From the NCBI GenBank assembly GCA_001303545.1, contig LJUA01000002.1:1-53467 (forward strand): a stretch of 53,467 nucleotides of DNA, read 5' to 3'. The position numbers and the translations under genes are program-made. The notes below the pieces were generated by a model that did not search any database, was not told the DNA's origin, and saw nothing but the letters and a program-made list of their open reading frames with translations. This DNA is from Dehalococcoidia bacterium SM23_28_2 (GTDB taxonomy: Bacteria; Chloroflexota; Dehalococcoidia; SM23-28-2). This document shows, one piece after another, positions 9,003 through 22,439 of the stretch. How positions within the stretch are numbered: position 1 is the first letter of the stretch; each line of letters starts with the position of its first letter.

Positions 9003-10295
9003 GTGACCCAGTTGGTCGTCCCCCAGGTTGAGATCGTGGAGAGCGACGACAACTACGTGCGCGTCGTTGCCGAGCCCCTGGAGCCGGGCTTCGGCACTAC
9101 AGTGGGCAACGCCTTGAGGAGAGTCCTTCTCAGCTCCCTGCCGGGCGCTGCCGTCACCTCTGTGCAAATCGACGGCGTACAGCACGAGTTCTCTACCATC
9201 CCTCATATGAAGGAGGACACCATCGAGTTCCTTCTGAATGTGAAGGGACTCCGCCTGCGCGCCCTGTCCGACCGACCAGGCAAGCTGTTATTGGAGGTGA
9301 GCGGTCGCGAAGGGGGAATAACCGCCGCCGATATCCAGGGGCCGCCGGACTATGAGATCGTCAATCCCGATCTGCACTTGGCTACGCTGGATTCGGCGGA
9401 GGGCGAGCTAAGGGTGGAGTTCAACGTGGAGCAGGGCCACGGCTACGTCCCGGCGGGGGAAAGCGATGGCCTGCCCATTGGGGTGATCCCCTTGGACGCC
9501 ATCTTCACGCCTGTGCGCAAGGTGAACTACAAGGTGGAGCGCACCCGCGTGGGCCAGATCAGCAACTATGACCGCCTGGTGCTGGAGGTGTGGACCGACG
9601 GCACCATCACCGGCGTGGAGGCCATAAGCCGGAGCGCCGATATCATCTTGGAGCAGCTCTCGCTGTTCAGCCAGTTGGGCAAGCCAGCGCCGCCGATGGT
9701 GGAACGCGGCCTGGGAGCGGGAGCCGTCCTCACGCCGGAACGCTATAACACGCCGATTGAAGACCTGAACCTGTCGGTGCGGGCCTACAACTGCCTCAAG
9801 CGCAGCGGCCTCATGACGGTCGGTCAGGTCTTGGAGAAGAGCGAGGACGAGCTTCTTACCCTGCGCAACTTCGGCCGCAAGTCCTACGATGAGCTCAAGA
9901 CGCGCTTGCGGGAGGGGGACTTCCTGCCCTCTGAGACGGTGGAGGAAGAGCCGATGGCCGAGGTTCCCTCGGTCATCGAGGAGGAGGAGCTGCCGGCGGT
10001 GGTCAGACGCCGCGGGAAGGCAGCGGCCGTGACGCCAGAGCCGCTGGCTGTCGAGGAGCAGCCTGCGGAAGTCGCCGAGGCGCCAGCGCCGGCGGAGGAG
10101 GCCAAGGCGGCAGTGGCCGCAAAGGCTGAGAAGGAGGAGGCTGAGGCGGAGGCGGCAACGGCAGCTCCCGTTGCTGAAGGAGGAGGAGAGGGAGAAGAGC
10201 TGGCCGAGTGGCAGCGCATGCTTATGAAGTTGAAGGGAGAGGTCGGCGAAGAAGACCAGGAAGGCGAGGAAGGCGAGAAGGGGGACGAGGGCTAG
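9003..10295 (+). CDS. rpoA: DNA-directed RNA polymerase alpha subunit with an acidic C-terminal extension of about 110 aa
   Basis: GTG 9003 lies 7 nt after AGGAGGTG (8988-8995); the track ORF begins at GTG 8985. The N-terminal domain reads ...EPLEPGFGTTVGNALRRVLLSSLPGAAV... and the alpha-CTD reads ...LNLSVRAYNCLKRSGLMTVGQVL...LRNFGRKSYDELK. An E/A-rich tail follows, to ...EEGEKGDEG. Confidence 0.9.
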   Translation: MTQLVVPQVEIVESDDNYVRVVAEPLEPGFGTTVGNALRRVLLSSLPGAAVTSVQIDGVQHEFSTIPHMKEDTIEFLLNVKGLRLRALSDRPGKLLLEVSGREGGITAADIQGPPDYEIVNPDLHLATLDSAEGELRVEFNVEQGHGYVPAGESDGLPIGVIPLDAIFTPVRKVNYKVERTRVGQISNYDRLVLEVWTDGTITGVEAISRSADIILEQLSLFSQLGKPAPPMVERGLGAGAVLTPERYNTPIEDLNLSVRAYNCLKRSGLMTVGQVLEKSEDELLTLRNFGRKSYDELKTRLREGDFLPSETVEEEPMAEVPSVIEEEELPAVVRRRGKAAAVTPEPLAVEEQPAEVAEAPAPAEEAKAAVAAKAEKEEAEAEAATAAPVAEGGGEGEELAEWQRMLMKLKGEVGEEDQEGEEGEKGDEG

Positions 10296-10301
10296 ACCGA
10301 C

Positions 10302-10673
10302 ATGGCACATCGTATAGCCGGACGCAGGCTGGGTCGCTCCGCAAGCCATCGGCTGGCCATGTTCCGCAACCAGGTTACAGATCTTCTACGGCACGAGAAG
10401 ATCGTCACCACCGAGGCTAAGGCCAAGGAGGTGCGGAGTATCGCCGAGAAGGTGATCACGCTGGGCAGGCAGGGAACTCTTCACGCTCGCCGAAGGGCTC
10501 TGCGGATCGTCAGCGACAAGGATGTGGTGAAGAAGATATTTGACGACCTCGGGCCTCGCTATGCCGATCGGCCCGGTGGCTATACTCGGATCATCAAGCT
10601 GGGGCCGCGTCAGGGCGATGGCGCTTCCATGGCCCAACTGGAGCTGGTGGTGGAGGAAGAGGAGGAGGAGTAG
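10302..10673 (+). CDS. rplQ: 50S ribosomal protein L17
   Basis: [45 protein letters not shown]...; ends VVEEEEEE. Confidence 0.94.
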   Translation: MAHRIAGRRLGRSASHRLAMFRNQVTDLLRHEKIVTTEAKAKEVRSIAEKVITLGRQGTLHARRRALRIVSDKDVVKKIFDDLGPRYADRPGGYTRIIKLGPRQGDGASMAQLELVVEEEEEE

Positions 10674-10692
10674 GAAGCCTGCCGGCCGGCAG

Positions 10693-11517
10693 GTGGCGGG
10701 TGTCATCGTGGTGGTGGTCGAGCAGGATGAGGAGGGGAAGGCCCTTCGAAGAGTTGTCCTGGTGGTGGAGTACGACGGAGCGGCTTATGCCGGCTCTCAG
10801 TATCAGAAGAACGCATCCACCATCCAGGGGGAACTGGAGAAAGCGCTGAACAAGCTGACGGGCGAACGAACAAGGCTGGCGCTGGCTGGTCGTACCGACG
10901 CTGGTGTGCATGCCAGGGGGCAGGTGGCCTCCTTTCGGACGCGGGTGCCCTACGAGGTGGAGGTGTTCGTGCGGGCCCTGAACGCTCACCTTCCTGAGGA
11001 CATCGCCGTGCGTTCGGCGCGTGAGGTACCGCTGAGCTTTCAGGTGCGCCGCCAGGCCAAAAGGCGCTGGTATCGCTACGTCATCCATAACGGGCGGCAG
11101 CGGCCGGTCCTCTTCCGCGGCCACTGCTGGCACATTGCCCAGCCGCTGGACATAACGGCAATGCGGGAGGCAGCCACACATCTTGTGGGCGAGCACGACC
11201 TGGCCGCCTTCGCTGCGCCATCCGCTCCCGCTAGGACTGTGCGAAAGGTGTACAGGGCGGAGGTGAGGCGCCGTCGTTCTTGGCTGGTGTTCGACATCGA
11301 AGCCAACTCCTTCCTGCCGCAGCAGGTGCGGCGAACGATGGGGGCGCTGGTGCAGGTGGGCCTGGGCAATCAGACGGTGGAGGACTTCCGCCGCCTGCTG
11401 GCGTCGGCTCAGAGAGGGGCAGTCACTCTGGCAGCGCCGCCGCAGGGGCTTTGTCTGATGGCTGTAGAGTATGAGGGTTTGAACGGAAGTGGTTACGAAG
11501 AGGGCACGGACCTTTAG
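10693..11517 (+). CDS. truA: tRNA pseudouridine(38-40) synthase TruA. The start is uncertain, with in-frame GTG codons at 10693, 10708, 10711 and 10714.
   Basis: ...[34 protein letters not shown]...[15 protein letters not shown].... The track ORF 10540..11517 overlaps rplQ, so it was trimmed to the first in-frame GTG after the rplQ stop. Confidence 0.85.
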   Translation: MAGVIVVVVEQDEEGKALRRVVLVVEYDGAAYAGSQYQKNASTIQGELEKALNKLTGERTRLALAGRTDAGVHARGQVASFRTRVPYEVEVFVRALNAHLPEDIAVRSAREVPLSFQVRRQAKRRWYRYVIHNGRQRPVLFRGHCWHIAQPLDITAMREAATHLVGEHDLAAFAAPSAPARTVRKVYRAEVRRRRSWLVFDIEANSFLPQQVRRTMGALVQVGLGNQTVEDFRRLLASAQRGAVTLAAPPQGLCLMAVEYEGLNGSGYEEGTDL

Positions 11518-11962
11518 TCTGAAGGGCGGCGACATCAGCCGCGACTGGCTGGTGATCGATGCCGCCGACCAGACCCTGGGGCGTCTGGCGGCACGCATAG
11601 CCCGATTCTTGCGGGGCAAGCATAAGCCCACCTATTCGCCTCATCTGGAGATGGGCGACTACGTCATCGTGGTGAACGCCGCCCGCGTGCGGGTCACCGG
11701 CAGGAAGCTAAGCGATAAGGTCTACTATCGCCATTCTGGCTATCACGGCGGGCTGAAGAGCGTTACCCTGGGGGAGCTGATGGCCACCAGGCCCACGCGG
11801 GTCATCGAGATGGCGGTGCGAGGTATGCTCCCTCACAATCGCCTGGGGCGAAAGCTGCTGCGCAACCTGAAGGTGTACGCCGGCCCGGAGCATCCTCATG
11901 AGGCCCAGGTGAAGGCCTCTCAGAAGGGGAAAGAGGCGCCCGGCGAGGCGGCTTCCGGCTAG
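11489..11962 (+). CDS. rplM: 50S ribosomal protein L13
   Basis: ...[46 protein letters not shown]...; the GTG start overlaps the truA 3' end by 29 nt. Confidence 0.9.
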   Translation: MVTKRARTFSLKGGDISRDWLVIDAADQTLGRLAARIARFLRGKHKPTYSPHLEMGDYVIVVNAARVRVTGRKLSDKVYYRHSGYHGGLKSVTLGELMATRPTRVIEMAVRGMLPHNRLGRKLLRNLKVYAGPEHPHEAQVKASQKGKEAPGEAASG

Positions 11963-11976
11963 GAGGACGAAGGAAA

Positions 11977-12390
11977 GTGGTAGAAGAGCAGGTTATCGAG
12001 GGGCAGCACTACTACTACGGGACGGGTCGGCGCAAGGCGGCGGTGGCCAGGGTCCGCTTGTATCCGGGCACGGGCACCATCGTCGTCAACGGCAAGCCTG
12101 TCGAGGAGGTGCTCAACCGGCCGGTCTACCAGACCATCATCCGACAGCCGCTGCTCCTCACGGAGACGCTGGACAAGTTCAACGTCCAGGTGAAGATAAA
12201 CGGCGGCGGCAGCACCGGCTGGGCGGGGGCTATCGCCCACGGCGTTGCGCGGGCGCTGGTGGCCGCCGACGAGAAGTATAAGCCGGTCCTCCGCAAGGCT
12301 GGTTTCCTCACCCGCGACCCACGGGTGAAAGAGCGCAAGAAGTACGGCCTCAAGCGAGCCCGCAAGGCGCCTCAGTACACCAAGCGCTAA
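11977..12390 (+). CDS. rpsI: 30S ribosomal protein S9
   Basis: ...[28 protein letters not shown]...[19 protein letters not shown]. Confidence 0.94.
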   Translation: MVEEQVIEGQHYYYGTGRRKAAVARVRLYPGTGTIVVNGKPVEEVLNRPVYQTIIRQPLLLTETLDKFNVQVKINGGGSTGWAGAIAHGVARALVAADEKYKPVLRKAGFLTRDPRVKERKKYGLKRARKAPQYTKR

Positions 12391-13448
12391 CGACCGGCCA
12401 GCCGCTCCTTCAGCTTGGCGATGGGCGGAGTGGGCGCAGGCGCCACCCCGCTCAGAATCGCCAGGTATAAGCTCACCCAGTCGCCGAACAGGATGGCGCT
12501 CATCATCTGGGCCAGAGGGCTCTTCCCCTCGGCGTCGACTATCGCGCTCTCCACGCCTGCCTCATCCAGCGCCGTTCGAGTCAGGTCGTAGCGCAGGAGA
12601 ACGCGCGGGTGGAGGGATGGCGCTTGCAGGAAGACCACCAGGGCCTTCGCTGCTATCTCCTCGGGCAGGCCAAAGCCGACCACGGCGTTATGATTGGCCT
12701 CGGGCAGCTCCTCGAAGAAGCACCACATCTTGCTGGTCTCGTTGATCTGGCCCTTCCAGCGGCGGGCCACCGGAGCGAGGATGCCTGCCCCGTAGACCAC
12801 GGGCAGCCGCTCATGCAGCCTCTCGGCGAGCTGCTTGGCCGGGTTGTCTGCTAGAGACACCTTCTCGCTGATGCGGGTCGCCAGGCCGACCATGACGGCG
12901 ATGGCCTCCTCCACGTTCGCGCTCATGTCGGCCACTACCCCCGTCTTCTGGGCGATGGCCAGCAGGGGCATGAGGCTGTAGCCCAGAGCAGCGCGCGGCT
13001 CCGCCTCGTAGGCGAAGACGAAGGTGGGGACGCCATTGGCGCGAGCGGCGGCCAGGATCCTGCCGCCGGTGGTGACCACCACCTTCTTGGCGCCGGTGCC
13101 CAGCCCTCGCTCGAAGCAGGAGAGCACCTCCTCGGTGTTGCCGCTGTAGCTGGAGGCTATCAGGAGTGTCCTGCCGTCCACTACAAGGGGCAGATCGTAG
13201 TCACGATGGCTGAAGACGGATATGGGGCTCTCCAGGGCTACCAGCGACCGGAAGAGATCGCCGGCGATGGCCGAGCCGCCCATGCCCAGGATGACCACCT
13301 TGTCGATGTCCCAGTAGTCGTCCGGCAGCTCCAGGTCCTGGGCTTCCTCCCAGGCGGCGCGGCACTGGCGGGGCAGATCGCGGATGCGGTCTAGCATCCC
13401 CTGGGGGTCGATCCTCTGATAGGCGGCGAGGTCGTCTAGTACGCTCAT
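12387..13448 (-). CDS. Bifunctional phosphoglucose/phosphomannose isomerase (SIS-domain PGI/PMI family)
   Basis: 353 aa, ...[20 protein letters not shown]...[15 protein letters not shown].... The overall layout matches the archaeal/bacterial bifunctional PGI/PMI family. Confidence 0.8.
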   Translation of the reverse strand: MSVLDDLAAYQRIDPQGMLDRIRDLPRQCRAAWEEAQDLELPDDYWDIDKVVILGMGGSAIAGDLFRSLVALESPISVFSHRDYDLPLVVDGRTLLIASSYSGNTEEVLSCFERGLGTGAKKVVVTTGGRILAAARANGVPTFVFAYEAEPRAALGYSLMPLLAIAQKTGVVADMSANVEEAIAVMVGLATRISEKVSLADNPAKQLAERLHERLPVVYGAGILAPVARRWKGQINETSKMWCFFEELPEANHNAVVGFGLPEEIAAKALVVFLQAPSLHPRVLLRYDLTRTALDEAGVESAIVDAEGKSPLAQMMSAILFGDWVSLYLAILSGVAPAPTPPIAKLKERLAGR

Positions 13449-13470
13449 GGCTACAGTCCCTTCGGCAGGC

Positions 13471-14895
13471 TCAGGGCAGGCCTACCAGTTCCTTTCCGGC
13501 GGCCAGAAGCTTCTGCACCAGGCTTTGCTCTTGAACCTCCGTATAGATGCGCAGCAGGGGCTCCGTGCCCGAGAAGCGGATCAGCAGCCAGTCGCCGCCC
13601 TCTACGTGAAAGCGAAAGCCGTCGGTGGTATCCACGTCGGTCACCTTCAGGCCGGCCAGTCGCTCGGGCCGAGCGTGCGATAGGCGCTCCATGAGCTGCG
13701 CCTTCTGCTCGGGCTCCAGGCGGATGTCGATGCGGTCGTAGTAGTGGGGCCCCACCTTCTCGTATAGCTCGGCCACTAGCTCTGAAGGGCGGCGGCCGCG
13801 GCGGGCCATGAGGTCTAGGAAGTAGAGAGAGGAGATGACGCCGTCGCGGTCGGGCGGGTGATGGCGGAAGGCGAAGCCGCCGCTCTCCTCGCCGGCTATG
13901 AGGGCGTTCTCGGCGATCATCTTGGGCCCCAGGAACTTGAAGCCGACCGGCGTCTCGTGCACGGCCACGTTGTACAGCTCGCCCAGGCGATAGATCATGC
14001 TGGTGCTGGTCAGGGACTTGACCATCGCCCCCCGCTGGCCGCGCACCTCCAGCAGGTAGTAGGCGAGGAGGGCGAACACCTGGTGCTGGTTGATGAACTC
14101 GCCCCGCTCGTCGATGATGCCTACACGATCGCCATCGCCGTCCGTGGCCACGCCAACGTCGGCGCCGGTTGCTTTGACAATATCGATGAGCGCCCCCAGG
14201 TGGCGGGCGATGGGCTCCGGCTGAAGGCCGGGGAAGAGGGGATTGCGCTCGCCGTGCAGCTCCTGCACCTGGGTAGCTCCGCCGGACAGGACCTCCGCCA
14301 GCCAACCGGCGGCCGCCCCGTACATGGAATCGATGACCACTCGCAGGCCGGCGGCTCGCAGCGCCTTCAGGTCGATCAGCTCGCCCAGGTGCGCCAGGTA
14401 GGGCTGGCGGGGGCTGATGATCTCCACTAGGCCCTGCTTCTGGGCTTCGGCCAGGGGCAGGTGGGGCACATCGGAGGCGAGGATGGCCGGCAGGGCCTCC
14501 TCCAGGCGGGCGATGGTCTCCGGCGAGGCGCTGCTGGCGTACTCCGGCTTGTACTTGAAGCCCGACCAGCGAGCGTCGTTGTGGCTGGCGGTGATGATCA
14601 CTCCGCCGCCGGCCTTCTTCTGGAGGAGGGCGTAGCTGACTACCGGCGTGGGCGTCGGCGAGTCGCAGAGGTAGGCGTGGATGCCGTTGGCGGCCGCCAC
14701 CTCGGCCACGGCCGCCGCGAAGTCCTCGGAGGCGAAGCGCGTGTCGTAGCCCACCACCAGCCCTCGCTGGGCGAGGCCCGTCTCCTTCAAGTAGAGGGCG
14801 ACGCTGTGGGCGCAGGCCCGCACGTTGTCGAATGTGAAGTCCTCGGCGATGATGGCCCGCCAGCCGTCGGTGCCGAACTTGATCTCGGTAGTCAT
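13471..14895 (-). CDS. Alpha-D-phosphohexomutase (phosphomannomutase/phosphoglucomutase)
   Basis: 474 aa. The catalytic Ser loop is TASHNDARWSGFKY and the metal loop is GVATDGDGDRVG. Confidence 0.9.
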   Translation of the reverse strand: MTTEIKFGTDGWRAIIAEDFTFDNVRACAHSVALYLKETGLAQRGLVVGYDTRFASEDFAAAVAEVAAANGIHAYLCDSPTPTPVVSYALLQKKAGGGVIITASHNDARWSGFKYKPEYASSASPETIARLEEALPAILASDVPHLPLAEAQKQGLVEIISPRQPYLAHLGELIDLKALRAAGLRVVIDSMYGAAAGWLAEVLSGGATQVQELHGERNPLFPGLQPEPIARHLGALIDIVKATGADVGVATDGDGDRVGIIDERGEFINQHQVFALLAYYLLEVRGQRGAMVKSLTSTSMIYRLGELYNVAVHETPVGFKFLGPKMIAENALIAGEESGGFAFRHHPPDRDGVISSLYFLDLMARRGRRPSELVAELYEKVGPHYYDRIDIRLEPEQKAQLMERLSHARPERLAGLKVTDVDTTDGFRFHVEGGDWLLIRFSGTEPLLRIYTEVQEQSLVQKLLAAGKELVGLP

Positions 14896-14911
14896 TGCTC
14901 GAAGCCCTTTC

Positions 14912-15625
14912 TCAGCGATCTGGTCCTGCCGCCGCCGGGGCGAACAGGGGCAGATCGCGGGTCGCCTCCGTTATGTCTTTCATGGTGTCGATGGCGCGCC
15001 AGTAGCCGCGGGCGCGATAGGCCCGCAACTGGCCCCTCTCGGCCAGCAGGGGGAAGGCGCTGTCCTCGTGGTCGCCCACGTCCGGCAGGAGGTCGAAGAA
15101 GGGGCGGGAGAGAACATACAGGCCGGCGTTGATCCAGTAGGGCAGGCGCGGCTTCTCCTCGAAGCGGCGAATGCGCCCGTCGCGGGCCACCCGCACGACG
15201 CCAAAAGGGCTGACGAAGGGGGCCAGCATGACGGTGGCTACCGCCCCCGAGGCGCGATGGGTGCGCACTATGGGCGCCAGGGGCTGGTTGCAGAGAACGT
15301 CGCCGTTGGTGCCGATGAACAGCTCTTCCGTTTCCGGCACCCGAGAGAAGGCGAGCTTGAAGGCTCCCCCTCTTCCCAGAGGCTGCTCCTCCAGCGAGTA
15401 CTCGATGGCCAGTCCCCAGCGGCGGCCATCGCCGAAGTAGCCCTGGATCACATCCGCCCGGTAGCCGCAGAGGAGAACGGCGTGGGTGACGCCGTTGTCG
15501 CGCAGCCAGGTCAGGTGGTACTCCAGGATGGGCTTGCCGGCCAGGAGGACCATCGGCTTGGGCCGGTCTTCGGAGAGGGGCCGCAGGCGTTCGCCCTTGC
15601 CGCCAGCCAGAACCAGGGCATACAT
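14912..15625 (-). CDS. Sugar-1-phosphate nucleotidyltransferase (mannose-1-P guanylyl- or glucose-1-P nucleotidyl-transferase type)
   Basis: MYALVLAGGKGERLRPLSEDRPKPMVLLAGKPILEYHL... is the NTP-transferase signature. Confidence 0.85.
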   Translation of the reverse strand: MYALVLAGGKGERLRPLSEDRPKPMVLLAGKPILEYHLTWLRDNGVTHAVLLCGYRADVIQGYFGDGRRWGLAIEYSLEEQPLGRGGAFKLAFSRVPETEELFIGTNGDVLCNQPLAPIVRTHRASGAVATVMLAPFVSPFGVVRVARDGRIRRFEEKPRLPYWINAGLYVLSRPFFDLLPDVGDHEDSAFPLLAERGQLRAYRARGYWRAIDTMKDITEATRDLPLFAPAAAGPDR

Positions 15626-15629
15626 GGGG

Positions 15630-16759
<1,130 letters not shown>

Positions 16760-16782
16760 GGGTTCTATACCTCCTTTGGGTC

Positions 16783-18060
<1,278 letters not shown>

Positions 18061-19011
18061 TTATTGGCCTCCTTCCGGAGCCTTTCCTTCCGTCTGCTGA
18101 TCGAGCACCACGACTTCCTTTCCGGCCTCGGCGCGGCAGCGGGCGAGAACACGGCGCAGCAGGGCGGCGACGCCGAGCATGTCCTTGCGTCGCGCCCCTG
18201 ACTCGATTAGGCGGCACTTCTCTCGATAGCCCAGCCGTTCGTAGATGCGGATGGCGGCCTGGTTCTTGGTGCTCACCGTCAGCAGCACATCGGGGCAGGT
18301 CTTGAGCAGCTCGGCGGTGACGGCGCTGGTGGCGATGCTGCCGTAGCCCTGCCCTCGATAGCGGGAGTGGGTCATGACGTTGCCCACCAGGGCCAGGCCC
18401 TGAGAGGGGGCCACCACGTGGGTGCCGGCCATGGCCACCAGCGTTCGGCCGACGAAGACGCCGTGGTACACTCCCTCGTCCAGCACTGCGGCCGAATAGA
18501 AGGCGAAGCCATCGGCGCGCTGGAGGGCGTTCACTGCTCCGATATCCTGCCGCCTGAGGCGGCGTGCGGTGCCCTGCGCCGGCCGAAAGGTCTCGGCCGA
18601 CACCGACATGCGCAGGGAAGGCTCCGGCCGCGATAGGACGAAGTGGCGCTGGGCAACGTCCAGATGGTCGAGCTGGAAGGTGGCGAAGGTGAACCGCGGG
18701 CCCGGGTGAAGGCGAATGAGGGCATCCAGCGCCTGCGGATCGCCGATGGTCACCAGAGCAGGGCCCAGCCCGCTGCGGGTATGGGCGACGATCGCCTGGC
18801 CTTGAGGGCCGTGGGCCTGCCACCACTCGCTGTAGGGGAACAGGCGTGGCTCCAGGTAGGCCAGGGCGTAGGCGGCATAGGCCCGCTGTCCTTCCAGCAG
18901 GGGCCGAATGGCCTCGGGATCCGTGAGCCGCTCGATGACATACTCGGTCCTCTGTTTGGCCGCTGCCTTGGCCCCGAAGATGGTCGCCTTCAGCCTATCG
19001 GTCAGCATCAT
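18061..19011 (-). CDS. GNAT-family N-acetyltransferase of 316 aa, with an uncharacterised N-terminal half
   Basis: The start is MMLTDRLK..., and its ATG at 19011 overlaps the mtnP stop (TAATG). The C-terminal half has the acetyl-CoA motif ...VMTHSRYRGQGYGSIATSAVTAELL...NQAAIRIYERLGY. The track ORF 18061..19137 over-extends into mtnP. Confidence 0.8.
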   Translation of the reverse strand: MMLTDRLKATIFGAKAAAKQRTEYVIERLTDPEAIRPLLEGQRAYAAYALAYLEPRLFPYSEWWQAHGPQGQAIVAHTRSGLGPALVTIGDPQALDALIRLHPGPRFTFATFQLDHLDVAQRHFVLSRPEPSLRMSVSAETFRPAQGTARRLRRQDIGAVNALQRADGFAFYSAAVLDEGVYHGVFVGRTLVAMAGTHVVAPSQGLALVGNVMTHSRYRGQGYGSIATSAVTAELLKTCPDVLLTVSTKNQAAIRIYERLGYREKCRLIESGARRKDMLGVAALLRRVLARCRAEAGKEVVVLDQQTEGKAPEGGQ

Positions 19012-19884
19012 TAGCTTCCAGTCGACTCGCTCGTCACATACCTGCCGATGATCGGCGCCAGGTTCCTCTTCGTTTCCTCGGGCACCATGTCCAGGGGCGT
19101 CACCAGGGCGTCCTGGAGGGCGCTGGCGCAGAGGCAATCGCGGCGGGCGGGCAGCCCGGACAGCGCCAGACGCACCGTCCGCTGGGCGGCCTCCACCGTC
19201 TTGGTCAGGTTCGACAGAATCATCTCGGCGGTCACCGATTCCTGACCCTCGTACCAGCAGTCGTAGTCGGTGACGCAGGCCAGGGTTGCGTAGCAGATCT
19301 CCGCCTCGCGGGCCAGCTTGGCCTCCGGCAGGGCGGTCATCACGATGAGGTCGGCTCCCCAGGCGCGATAGAGGTTGGACTCAGCCCTGGTGGAGAAGGC
19401 CGGGCCCTCCATGACCAGCAGGGTGCCGCCGTTGTGAGCGGTGCCACCGGCCTCCTGCGCCGATCGCCAGAGGGCGTCTCGCAGGACAGGGCAGAAGGGA
19501 TCGGCGAAGGCGATGTGGGCGGTCAAGCCCTGGCCGAAGAAGGTGGACGGCCGGCCTTTGGTGCGGTCGATGAGCTGGTCGGGCACCGCCAGCTGGCGGG
19601 GCTCGATCTCCCGGCGGAGGCTGCCCACAGCGCACACGGCGATGATGAACTCCACCCCCAGGGTCTTGAGGGCGTACACGTTGGCCTGCGATGGCAGCTC
19701 CGAGGGGAGGATGCGATGGCCACGGCCGTGGCGAGGCAGGAAGGCCACTCGCACGCCGTCCAGCGTGCCGATGACGATGGCGTCGCTGGGCGGGCCGAAG
19801 GGCGTCCGTTCGATGCGGACCTCCTCCATGTCGGTCAGGCCCATCTGATAGAAGCCGCTGCCGCCGATGATCGCCACCCGCGCT

Positions 19885-19892
<8 letters not shown>
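19011..19892 (-). CDS. mtnP: S-methyl-5'-thioadenosine phosphorylase
   Basis: MPEARVAIIGGSGFYQM...FGPPSDAIVIGTLDGVRVAFLPRHGRGHRILPSELPSQANVYALKTLGVE.... The start overlaps the mtnA 3' end by 8 nt. Confidence 0.9.
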
Positions 19893-20943
<1,051 letters not shown>

Positions 20944-20970
20944 GCTATGCTCTCACCTTCGGCGGGGCAT

Positions 20971-21000
20971 AACAAAAAACCTCTCGTGGTGTGAGAAGTT
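20971..21000 (-). terminator. Intrinsic terminator forming the expression platform of the SAM-I riboswitch
   Basis: The minus strand reads ...CTTCTCACACCACGAGAGGTTTTTTGTT, a short hairpin plus a U-tract. It lies between the aptamer and the mtnA start. Confidence 0.6.
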
Positions 21001-21015
21001 CTTTTCGTCTACCCG

Positions 21016-21144
21016 CTCTCATCTTTCCCTTCGGTGCAGCCGAAGGGTCGGACTTGGCACCGTATCCAGCTATAGCGAATCGCTCTGGCGCGGACCGGTT
21101 GCCGGGTTTCCTCGGGCCGTTCCCTCCACCACTCGCGATAAGAG
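21016..21144 (-). promoter_or_regulatory. SAM-I (S-box) riboswitch aptamer
   Basis: The minus strand reads CTCTTATCGCGAGTGGTGGAGGGAACGGCCCGAGGAAACCCGGCAACCGG...CGGTGCCAAGTCCGACC...GAAGGGAAAGATGAGAG. This matches the S-box core (CUCUUAUC..GAG.GGUGGAGGGA..GGCCC..GAA.CCCGGCAACC...GGUGCCAA.UCC...AGAUGAGAG), including the P1 halves. Confidence 0.9.
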
Positions 21145-21206
21145 CGTCTTCAGCCCGTATTCGATTTCCTAATTGATGTTAGCCCAGCGGTCTGACAGGT
21201 GTCAAG

Positions 21207-22439
21207 CTATTCCGATAGGGGCTCTTCCTTGACATCGAGGTCGTCCAGGCGCCAGCCCTCCTGGCTCTGGACGAGCTCATAGGTCACGCGAAACTGCCGC
21301 TGGACCAGATCCGGCCCCTCGCGGCTGAAGGCGATGATGACCACCTGTACGAAGGTTATCTCGTCTTCTTGACTGGGCGTCAGCATCTCTAATACCTGGG
21401 CGCCGACGGAGCTGCGAAATCCGTTCACGAAGTCTGGCCAGGGCTGGAGCTTCTGGCGATCAAGCGACTGGAGGTCGTAGGCCTCGCTGAACAGCCGGCG
21501 GGTGGCCTCCAGCTTTCGGCGGGCGGCTGCCAGTGCGGTCTCGCTGTTGTCGGCGGCGACCTCCTGCAGCACTTCTTCGGGGATCGATTCTTCATCGCCG
21601 GTTAACCACTGCCAGGCGTAAAAGCGCTGGAGGTCTTGCCAGGGCTCGGCGGTGGAGGTGGCGGCTGCTACGGCCGCCAGATAGTCCAGAACGGCCTGGG
21701 TGGGCAGATCGGCCGAGTCGCCCTCCAGGGGCGGCGCTACTCGTTGCCAGTGGAGGCCGGAGCCCGTCCAGCGGAAGGTGAGATAGAGTACGGCGCCGAT
21801 GCCATGGGCGAGGCCGCTGTCCAGAAGGACCAGTTCATCCAGCCCATCGTTGTCGGTGTCCACCGACAGGGCGGGCGACATGAGACCTTCGGGTGCCAGG
21901 TTGTCGAGACCCTGGCGGAAGGGGACGCGGCCATCCTCCAGAGCTGGCGAGGCCTCCAGGAGTTCGGCCGCTGCGGAATCGAGAAGGCTCAGGCCAGCCA
22001 GGGCGGGCCGATCGCGGCTGTCCAGCTCGATGAGGGTCATGAACAGCCCTTCCGGCAGGTCCAGGACCTGCGATTGGGACGGCGCTCCTTCGTCTGTAGC
22101 CGTGTCGTCGAGGTAGAGGAAGGCGGCCAGTTGAGGCCGATCGCGGCGGGTGAAGTGATCGATGAGGCGTCCCATTGGCTCGATCTGCCAGGAGGGGTCG
22201 TCCTCTAGGACGTAGAGGGTGAGTTCTTCGCTGGGAGATAGCGGGGTCAGGGCGACGCCGGGGAAGGTCAGGGCGAGGAGGTCGTCGGTGGATAGCTCCT
22301 CTAGCTGCTGGCGGACTTGGGCCTCCAGCGACGGCGTAGGGGATGGCGTCGCTCTGTCTTCCTCGCCCTGGCAGGCGGCAAAGGCAGCGGCGAACGCCAG
22401 GACGATAAGGGCTGCTAGCGTTTTTCCGCGCATGAACAC
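21207..22439 (-). CDS. Hypothetical lipoprotein or exported protein
   Basis: 410 aa. The N-terminus MFMRGKTLAALIVLAFAAAFAACQGEE is a signal peptide with a lipobox-like FAAC. One DxDxDG-like segment is present (VDTDNDGLDELVLLD). No family was recognised. Confidence 0.6.
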   Translation of the reverse strand: MFMRGKTLAALIVLAFAAAFAACQGEEDRATPSPTPSLEAQVRQQLEELSTDDLLALTFPGVALTPLSPSEELTLYVLEDDPSWQIEPMGRLIDHFTRRDRPQLAAFLYLDDTATDEGAPSQSQVLDLPEGLFMTLIELDSRDRPALAGLSLLDSAAAELLEASPALEDGRVPFRQGLDNLAPEGLMSPALSVDTDNDGLDELVLLDSGLAHGIGAVLYLTFRWTGSGLHWQRVAPPLEGDSADLPTQAVLDYLAAVAAATSTAEPWQDLQRFYAWQWLTGDEESIPEEVLQEVAADNSETALAAARRKLEATRRLFSEAYDLQSLDRQKLQPWPDFVNGFRSSVGAQVLEMLTPSQEDEITFVQVVIIAFSREGPDLVQRQFRVTYELVQSQEGWRLDDLDVKEEPLSE

